Position numbers and translations under genes: made by a program
Shown: positions 57,226 to 64,000 of the stretch, in pieces
How the letters are laid out: every line of letters begins with the position of its first letter
How positions within the stretch are numbered: position 1 is the first letter of the stretch
Assembly (NCBI GenBank): GCA_965661285.1
Contig: CBFIDD010000003.1
Span: forward strand, 96,001 to 160,000
Direction of reading: 5' to 3'
Source of the DNA: Poseidonia sp.
GTDB taxonomy: Archaea; Thermoplasmatota; Poseidoniia; Poseidoniales; Poseidoniaceae
DNA: 64,000 nt
The notes under the pieces: model-generated
Seen by the model: the letters and a program-made list of their open reading frames with translations, nothing else
The model's database searches: none
Told to the model about the DNA's origin: nothing

Positions 57226-58353
57226 TCAAACCGTTGGCACAGGGACTTCGCGGAGAATGGACTGAATGACCTCTCCGGCTTCGAGACCCTTGATTTGGTG
57301 CTCTGGTTTCAAAATGATACGGTGGGCGATGGCGAGTTCTGCGATGGCCTTGACGTCGTCTGGAGTGACGAAGTCGCGACCTCGCAAAGCAGCGGCGGCT
57401 CGGGAGGTCTTCAACAAAGCCTGGGAACCACGAGGCGAAGCGCCGACGAGAACACGTGGGTCCTCACGGGTGCGGGAAACGACTTCGACCATGTACATGC
57501 GCAGGGCTGGGTCGACGTAGACGTCTTCACAGGCTTGTTGCATGGCGATCACACGAGCGGGGTCGGTGATGACATCGACATCGACGGCGTCCTTTCCGCG
57601 GCTGATACGGCGGGCGAGGATTTCGTCTTCGTCTGCACGGTCGGGGTAGCCGACGGACATCTTGAACATGAAACGGTCAAGTTGTGCTTCGGGCAGTGGG
57701 TAGGTGCCTTCCTGCTCGACCGGGTTTTGGGTGGCCATAACAATGAACGGTGCTGGCAACTTGTGGGTCACCGTACCGATGGTCACCTGCTTCTCCTGCA
57801 TAGCCTCAAGCAGTGCAGCTTGGGTCTTGGGAGGTGCACGGTTGATCTCGTCAGCGAGGAGGAGATTGCAGAACAACGGACCGGGCTTGAACGTAAATTC
57901 GCCCTTCTTGGCGTCGTAAATGTTGGTACCGGTGATATCAGCAGGGAGCAAGTCAGGCGTGAACTGAACACGCTTGAAATCACAACCCAGGGCGTCAGCG
58001 AAGGTGTTGGTCATCAACGTCTTGGCCAGACCGGGGTAATCTTCGAAGAGAAGGTTCCCGTTGGACAGGATGTTGATCAGCACGTTGTCGATGACGTGTG
58101 ACTTACCGATAATGACCTTCTGGACTTCGGCTGAAATCGCTTGAGCGATTGCACCGACGGCCTTGAGGCGCTCTCGGACTTCTGGGGTACTCTGGTGCTT
58201 CGGCTGGGCCGGAGCGGCCGGTGCTGCAGGTGCAACAGGTGCGGCGGGTGCGGCAGGTGCCGCTGGTGCGGCAGGTGCTGCAGGGGCCACTGGTGCTGCT
58301 GGCGCTGCAGGTACAGGCGCGGGCGGGGCTGCTGGGGGGGTTGGGGGTTGCAT
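57226..58353 (-). CDS. moxR: MoxR-family AAA+ ATPase with Pro/Ala-rich N-terminus
   Basis: PGLAKT, RVQFTPDLLPADITG, LADEINRAPPKTQAALLEAM, ATQNP.E.EGTYPLPEAQLDRF, GASPR. Confidence 0.95.
   Translation of the reverse strand: MQPPTPPAAPPAPVPAAPAAPVAPAAPAAPAAPAAPAAPVAPAAPAAPAQPKHQSTPEVRERLKAVGAIAQAISAEVQKVIIGKSHVIDNVLINILSNGNLLFEDYPGLAKTLMTNTFADALGCDFKRVQFTPDLLPADITGTNIYDAKKGEFTFKPGPLFCNLLLADEINRAPPKTQAALLEAMQEKQVTIGTVTHKLPAPFIVMATQNPVEQEGTYPLPEAQLDRFMFKMSVGYPDRADEDEILARRISRGKDAVDVDVITDPARVIAMQQACEDVYVDPALRMYMVEVVSRTREDPRVLVGASPRGSQALLKTSRAAAALRGRDFVTPDDVKAIAELAIAHRIILKPEHQIKGLEAGEVIQSILREVPVPTV
58207..58348 (-). repeat. Low-complexity 9-nt repeats encoding (PAA)n
   Basis: GGTGCNGCN-type units encode PPAAPPAPVPAAPAAPVAPAAPAAPAAPAAPAAPVAPAAPAAPA. 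Confidence 0.85.
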
Positions 58354-58370
58354 TTTTTATCCTCCTTGTT

Positions 58371-59948
58371 TCAATTTCCCCAACGACGTATCTGAGGAAT
58401 CAACTCCCTCAGTTCTTCGTTGGAGTAGACACGGTTCGAACTCACCAGTTCGACCAATCGGGGTTCGCGGACCATTTGCATGACCTCGGCGGGGGACTTG
58501 CGCGCAAATTCATCACGCGTCAGGTCGTTGAAGTTGCGAACCTTGGCCAAAAAGGCCTCTCGGGTTCGCCGCTGGTATTGAGAGGGGTCCAACTTTGTGG
58601 GACGCTCTCTGAAACGAGTAAGGTCAAAGACGTGCCGCCAGTTCTCTTTCTCTGGGACCACCATGATGGCGATGGCCAGTAGCGCAAAGAGGTTGAGGAT
58701 AATGAGCCACTTGAGCACACCATCGCTGGTCAACAGAACGATGGCGCCCATGGCTTCGGTAAACGGCATGGAAAGGCTGCCCGAGACGTGTCGGCTCTCG
58801 TCAAAGACGATGTTGAACGAGCCGGTGTTTCGTGCGATGGTTGCCGAGAGTTCGGTGTTGTCAAACTCCATCATGTCGTTGATGAGGGCGGTGAAGAATG
58901 CCTCGTTGCCCCGCCAGGTCGTGTCGCCAAGTCCTGCGTTGAGTCCCTCGGAGTCGGTGTCCCAGCACATATGGCCAAACTGAATGTACAACTCGGATTC
59001 GCATTGCTGCTTTCCGGTTTCCTCGGCGAAGTCTTGGTCCCAAAGGTGGTTGGCCAACACCGAGTGGTCGGAAACAAACACGATGCTTCCCGTGGCGCTG
59101 ATTTCACCCATGTCGCCGCCTAGATCGAGCGAACGCTGGTCGAGAACGGTTTGATCGGGGTAGTCAATTCGAATGATCAAACCGGTTTCTCCCTCACCCA
59201 GTGTGGGGTTGGATTCGCCCTTCCCTGCATCGATTTCAGCAGAGGTTGAAGCTGCAGCGAGAACATGGATGGCTCGGCCTTCATCGGCTTGCTCATCGAG
59301 CACCTGAATAGCCGTGGGACGGTGAAAGAGCACCGGAATTCTGCAATTCTCAACGTTTTCTTGGTTCACGTCGTCTTCGCTGCAGGGTACCGATTTCTCA
59401 TCACCCATGGTGCTGATATCACGGGTGACGCTGGCCACCGACCAGAGTTTCTTGGTATCGGGGCTAATACGCTCTCCGTTGTCGTTGGTGACCTCGTAGT
59501 AGCGGCCTGTGCTGATGTCGTCTCGGACCGGGGCGTCAAAGTACTTCACACCAAATTCTTCGGCCACCAGTTGGGCATTGGTTGAGTTTGATGCGAGGAT
59601 GACCTTGCCGGCTCGCTCGGTCACAAAGTCGTGGATGGCAGCTGCTTCTGCGGCATCAAAGGGCTTCTCAGGTGCGGCGATAACGAGCATGGTGCGGTGT
59701 GGGTTCTGCCAGTCGTTGACCAACATGGGCGTGGACATGGTGTTGGCCACAGTGAAATCTTCGAGACTGTCTCGCATCAACGTCAACTGCTGCTCGTCGT
59801 ATTCAGAGCCGTTTTCATAGGGGGAAAAGACCGTCGTTTTCCCGGCAGAGACGATGGCGATGACAGCTGTGGAAAGGACAACGGAAACCAGCAGACCAAT
59901 CATGAGCCATGCTTCAAGGCTCAGATTGCTTTTTTCGGCTTCTGCCAT
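58371..59948 (-). CDS. DUF4350-like membrane protein (MoxR operon)
   Basis: N-terminal TM, LVI.AP..PF...EA..I.DFV...G.VILA, G.IVFVSD.S...N, IVFDESRH, C-terminal TM. Confidence 0.7.
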   Translation of the reverse strand: MAEAEKSNLSLEAWLMIGLLVSVVLSTAVIAIVSAGKTTVFSPYENGSEYDEQQLTLMRDSLEDFTVANTMSTPMLVNDWQNPHRTMLVIAAPEKPFDAAEAAAIHDFVTERAGKVILASNSTNAQLVAEEFGVKYFDAPVRDDISTGRYYEVTNDNGERISPDTKKLWSVASVTRDISTMGDEKSVPCSEDDVNQENVENCRIPVLFHRPTAIQVLDEQADEGRAIHVLAAASTSAEIDAGKGESNPTLGEGETGLIIRIDYPDQTVLDQRSLDLGGDMGEISATGSIVFVSDHSVLANHLWDQDFAEETGKQQCESELYIQFGHMCWDTDSEGLNAGLGDTTWRGNEAFFTALINDMMEFDNTELSATIARNTGSFNIVFDESRHVSGSLSMPFTEAMGAIVLLTSDGVLKWLIILNLFALLAIAIMVVPEKENWRHVFDLTRFRERPTKLDPSQYQRRTREAFLAKVRNFNDLTRDEFARKSPAEVMQMVREPRLVELVSSNRVYSNEELRELIPQIRRWGN

Positions 59949-60130
59949 ACTACTTCCCCGATTCCTGTGACAAAATGCACAGATTTACATCCTTCGGAGA
60001 CACATTCCACACATAATAGTTGCTCAACGATGGGCATGACTATCGGTTGAATGTTGAGATTCAGTCAAACAAAACCAACGCTCAAAAATGCCGCCAAAAA
60101 CCGAAAAATTACACTTTTCCCAACCGGGCT

Positions 60131-61075
60131 TCAAACACGTCGCCAGCGGGCGACAAGAAGAGCAAGCAGCACGACCATCACAACATCGTAGAGCGAAACC
60201 CAAGGCAGCGAGGAGGCATCTGGACGTGCGGGTTCATCCTCGTCATCCTCAACCTCGCTGGTCGTTTCTTCGACCGAAGGAGCGACGACGTTCACATCGA
60301 TGGTGCTTGAGCGCTGAGATTTATCCCCTTCGGATTCGATGGCGATGGACACCTCACAGGTGCGTTCTTGATGGCTCGTACTCGCCTCCAATCGAAGCGT
60401 GAACTGCACGGCATTCTCGCCGTTGGCGTTGGTCACCTGAACCACCGTGTTCTCGAGTTGGTCAAGGCCCGCCACGGAGAGGTGGGGGCAACTGCGAATG
60501 CTTGCTTCGCCCATCGTGATGGCGTCTTGGGTGTTGCCGAGATTGCTGACCTCGAGCGTGAAATCAACCCAAGAACCCGAGAACAAGGTATCGGAGGGCT
60601 CGATGAGGTTTGGAATCAAGCGGTACATCCGGGGCACCGTCACATCGGCCGCAACTTCCTGAGAACGAAGCGTTGAATCGCCCACCTTTTCTTCGCCAAG
60701 AACGGTGAACTCAATGCTTGAAGATGGGGAAAACGAACGAACGGTTTGAGCGTCTTCTCCGCTGATGCTGATGGTGAACGTGTCGTTTGTGTTTCCTGCG
60801 ACCTCGATGTCTTCGGGGCCGTCAAAGGAAAACGGACTGTCCTCATCATAATCGTAAGAGAGCGCCAAATTGAGGGCAGCAGGGCCTTCGTTGGATACAT
60901 AGACGACCAACTCACCCGTCAAATCCCAATCCTCTTCCAAATCGACGAGGTATTTCGGGTCAACATCGGTCACCCAACCCATCTCCCATGACGGGCCTTG
61001 CATGTCCTGCGCATGTGTTGTGGGAAAGCCCATGAAGAACAAGAGGGCTACAAGAAGCGTGACTTTTGCCTTCAA
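60131..61075 (-). CDS. Secreted Ig-like surface protein with PGF-CTERM-like anchor (choice-of-anchor T-like)
   Basis: Signal peptide, V.N.GN..D motif, acidic linker, then LPW + TM + RWRR. Confidence 0.6.
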   Translation of the reverse strand: MKAKVTLLVALLFFMGFPTTHAQDMQGPSWEMGWVTDVDPKYLVDLEEDWDLTGELVVYVSNEGPAALNLALSYDYDEDSPFSFDGPEDIEVAGNTNDTFTISISGEDAQTVRSFSPSSSIEFTVLGEEKVGDSTLRSQEVAADVTVPRMYRLIPNLIEPSDTLFSGSWVDFTLEVSNLGNTQDAITMGEASIRSCPHLSVAGLDQLENTVVQVTNANGENAVQFTLRLEASTSHQERTCEVSIAIESEGDKSQRSSTIDVNVVAPSVEETTSEVEDDEDEPARPDASSLPWVSLYDVVMVVLLALLVARWRRV

Positions 61076-61084
61076 CTCATCACC

Positions 61085-62053
61085 TCAATTAAGTATGCCG
61101 CGAAGGGCGCGCTTGGTCAGTGTCTTCACCATCGCTCGACGGTATCGAGGAGGGAGCGCAGTATTGTTGACCGGTTTGACCGATTTTTGTACGATTTTGG
61201 CCAGCGTAAGCGGTTCAAGCTCTCCCGATGCGAGGTGTTCCTCAACCTGTTCGTTGTGCAGACGAGGAATGGATTCAAGCGCCGTGCTGGCAACCAGCAA
61301 TGTCGAAGCATCTCCAGGAACCCATGAGGCAGCAACACCCGCCTCCGGGAAATCCCATGAGTCGCGAACGCGGAGTTTCTGGTAGCACCCTTTGCGTTGG
61401 GCCGCTTGGTCAGGAAGCACCACCTTCAGAAGGAATTCGCCGGTTTTGAGAACGTTTTTCTTCATGCCATCCAACTCGTAAAACTCTGAGAGCGGCATCG
61501 TCCGCTCGCCTTCGGGTCCAATGAGCACAACGGAGGCCCCAAGGACCATGAAATTGGGCGCCATATCGCCTTGGTAGGTGGCCACACAAAGCGTGTTCTG
61601 GTTGGGAATGACACGGCAATCCGCACCCGTTCCGCAGTCTGCTTTGTGACACCAATCAATGGATCTGCGCCAGTCCTCGCTCTGGTTGTACCAGAAGCAT
61701 CGCGTATCAAGGCAGAGGTTGCCCCCTACGGTTGCGCTCTTACGAATCAAAGAAGAAGCCACTTTGGAGGCGGCTTGAACCAGCAACGGGTGGACATCGT
61801 TCTCCGATGTGAGGGATGAAAGGGGGACCATGCAGCCCAACTCGTGAGGCGTCAGAACATGGGCCTCCTCGATGCCCGCCAATGAGATGACGTGGGGTTT
61901 TGGATTGATGCGCCACTTGTAGTTGGGCAGCACATCCGTACCTCCAGCAACCCAGTCAAACGATTCCCCGTTGGCCATGATGGAGGCAGCGAGGTCAACG
62001 GCTTGTTCAACCGATGTTGGATGATGAAGTTCGAACGGAGGCATCAGCATCAA
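61085..62053 (-). CDS. Xanthine dehydrogenase-family FAD subunit, 4-hydroxybenzoyl-CoA reductase beta-like (4Fe-4S insertion)
   Basis: AGGTD..PN, IR..AT.GGNLCLDTRC.WYNQS..WR.....C.K....C..........C.A, K.R.R.S.DFP. Confidence 0.85.
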   Translation of the reverse strand: MMLMPPFELHHPTSVEQAVDLAASIMANGESFDWVAGGTDVLPNYKWRINPKPHVISLAGIEEAHVLTPHELGCMVPLSSLTSENDVHPLLVQAASKVASSLIRKSATVGGNLCLDTRCFWYNQSEDWRRSIDWCHKADCGTGADCRVIPNQNTLCVATYQGDMAPNFMVLGASVVLIGPEGERTMPLSEFYELDGMKKNVLKTGEFLLKVVLPDQAAQRKGCYQKLRVRDSWDFPEAGVAASWVPGDASTLLVASTALESIPRLHNEQVEEHLASGELEPLTLAKIVQKSVKPVNNTALPPRYRRAMVKTLTKRALRGILN

Positions 62054-64000
62054 TCATCACCTCCCATATGTCGCTGTTCTTTTTTCAGCCAGGCTCGCCC
62101 TGCAAACCCGAGTTCGGCCAACTGTTCCGGCAAGGGCTCATCGGCTTCTCGCCATCCATCCACCTGTTCGGCCAGAGGGCGGTCGGGGTCAAAACCAAAC
62201 AAAACGCCGTTGACATACGCCGAGGTGTCTTCGCTTCGCTGGCGCAAGCGGTCCCGCTCCCGGTGTTCATCGCTGCGCGAGACGAGGACCTTTTGCAGTG
62301 GACCGTGCTTGAGGCGAGGAGGCGCAATCGCCTCTTCATCTTCCAAACCGTGCTGTTTGAGGTGCTTCTGAATGCCCGCATAGACCACATCGGGGGTGAG
62401 CGGCAGGTCTCGCAATCGGATACCGATAGCGTCGTAGACGGCGTTCACCACAGCAGGCAAAATGGGCAGGAGTGGACCTTCACCCGCTTCTTTCGCACCA
62501 AACGGCCCTTCTGGGTCGCTTGATTCCACGATGATGGCCTCAACATTCGGCATTTCGTGAACGCTTGGGATCTTGTATTCGAGGAGGTTGGCGTTTTGGA
62601 GATGACCGGTGCGACCGTAGACCATCTTCTCGGTCAAGACTTGACCCAGGCCCATGTGGCACGACCCGATGATTTGCCCCTTCACCGCAAGCGGATTGAG
62701 CGCCTTACCACAATCGTGGGCCGCCCAAACATTGGTGCAGGAGACCAAACCGGTTTCCACATCGACATCCACCTCAGCGACATAAGCCGAAAAGGAATAG
62801 GCGGGAGCAAGACCTGCGGCTGCACCTTTGTGAACGCCACCCATGGGCGGGGAGCGGTACGCCCCCCGGGCGATGAGCGCACCGGTATCGGCTTGCGCTT
62901 TGTGAAGAGCCTCAAGGTACGACACACCGATGGCAGGGTCGTGCTTGTAGTAGATACGACGGTCGTTGAGGACCAGAACGTTTGGATGGTAGCCCAGAAT
63001 TTCCCATGCAGCCTTGAGCAGCTGGTCTCGAATGCCAATGGCAGCACGGATGGCAGCGTTGGCATTCATGAAGGTGACGCGACTGGAATAGGAACCGAGG
63101 TCAACGGGACTCGTGTCGCTTTCGTGGCTGCGAACATGAATCAGTTCAATGGGGAGAGCGAGTACCTCTGCGACCACCTGAGCCACGGCCGTGGTGGAGC
63201 CTTGACCAATATCGGCAGCGCCGGTGTGGACCGTCACACCGCCGTCCATGTCAACTTGAATGTGAACCGTGGCGTGTGGGAAGTTCTTGGGGTCCCAGTG
63301 GATTGGGAGCCCGGAACCGGAGATGAAGAAACCACAGCCGATACCGATGCCCTTTCCGAGCGGGAGTTGGCGGAATTTGCTGTCCCACTGTGAACCCTCT
63401 CGAACCCGTTCAAGCGCCTCACGCATGCCGTTTGAGGTGATACGGAAGCCGCTGATGGTCCGGCTGTGAGGGGGCAGCAGATTGGCAAGGCGAAGGTCGA
63501 TGGGGTCGACGTTCATGGATTCGGCCATCTCGTCAAGGCCCACTTCAACAGCGCATCGCGTGTTGACGGCCCCGTGGCCTCGCATGGCACCGGAGGCTGG
63601 TTTGTTGGTCCAAACCCTTGCACCCGTGTAGTGGAAGGAGCCCAACTCGTACGGTGCTGTTGCGAGAACGCCGTTGTAGTACGAAGTGACGTGTCCAAAG
63701 GAGGCGAATCCGCCGCCGTCGATCAGCGCATCGATGTCAAATCCAGAGATGCGGCCCTCGTCATCGGCGGTCATCTTCACGTCGATATGACTGGGGTGGC
63801 GGCCACGGTTGATCCAATAGACTTCCTCGCGGTCAAACGTGATGCGAACTGGACGCCCTGCTTTTCGCGCCAACAGGGCAGCACACATTTCGTGTGGGAA
63901 CGGGTCCGATTTACCACCAAATCCACCGCCGACAAAGGTTCGCACGACGTTGATTTGATGCATCGGGACATCCAAGACCGTTGAAAGCGCCCGGTGCGTG
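62050..64000 (-). CDS. Xanthine dehydrogenase-family molybdopterin subunit, 4-hydroxybenzoyl-CoA reductase alpha-like (5' end off the window)
   Basis: VGGGFGGK, AMRGHG, GAADIGQG, DLGSYSSRVT, GQI.G...MG.G, GPFGAKEAGEG; the frame appears open to the window edge. Confidence 0.88.
   Translation of the reverse strand, partial: THRALSTVLDVPMHQINVVRTFVGGGFGGKSDPFPHEMCAALLARKAGRPVRITFDREEVYWINRGRHPSHIDVKMTADDEGRISGFDIDALIDGGGFASFGHVTSYYNGVLATAPYELGSFHYTGARVWTNKPASGAMRGHGAVNTRCAVEVGLDEMAESMNVDPIDLRLANLLPPHSRTISGFRITSNGMREALERVREGSQWDSKFRQLPLGKGIGIGCGFFISGSGLPIHWDPKNFPHATVHIQVDMDGGVTVHTGAADIGQGSTTAVAQVVAEVLALPIELIHVRSHESDTSPVDLGSYSSRVTFMNANAAIRAAIGIRDQLLKAAWEILGYHPNVLVLNDRRIYYKHDPAIGVSYLEALHKAQADTGALIARGAYRSPPMGGVHKGAAAGLAPAYSFSAYVAEVDVDVETGLVSCTNVWAAHDCGKALNPLAVKGQIIGSCHMGLGQVLTEKMVYGRTGHLQNANLLEYKIPSVHEMPNVEAIIVESSDPEGPFGAKEAGEGPLLPILPAVVNAVYDAIGIRLRDLPLTPDVVYAGIQKHLKQHGLEDEEAIAPPRLKHGPLQKVLVSRSDEHRERDRLRQRSEDTSAYVNGVLFGFDPDRPLAEQVDGWREADEPLPEQLAELGFAGRAWLKKEQRHMGGDD

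Noticed and set aside
60065-60110. A-tracts suggesting bent DNA or an ncRNA
   Set aside because: Spacing is irregular (13, 12, 8); more simply T-tract terminators on the minus strand after 60131-61075.

Overview
This is a core-chromosome segment of an archaeon, most consistent with Marine Group II Euryarchaeota (Ca. Poseidoniales). The assignment is inferred from gene content: archaeal Cdc6, S6e, aIF2-gamma, RpoK, Dph2, PurP and A-type ATP synthase, together with a proteorhodopsin-family gene, class II HMG-CoA reductase, heme A/O synthesis and large C-terminally anchored surface proteins. It holds about 55 CDSs and one tRNA-Ser(GCT); no mobile element, CRISPR array or rRNA was seen. The main candidate for an undescribed system is a two-gene unit at 2082-4120: a GAF-like/coiled-coil/TM-hairpin protein followed by a divergent proteorhodopsin that lacks the proton-donor carboxylate and the His75 equivalent, possibly a photosensor with a new type of transducer. 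Other candidates are (1) a degenerate AAA+/wHTH gene, beta-propeller and DUF357 operon preceded by a phased, palindrome-centred array of CGTTA boxes, (2) three KaiC-family genes behind a pilin-like/lamin-tail gene and directly upstream of the ATP synthase operon, (3) an M50 pseudoprotease, (4) a GcvH-like protein lacking the lipoyl lysine, and (5) 4-hydroxybenzoyl-CoA reductase-like subunits. All family calls come from motif recognition by eye, not database searches.
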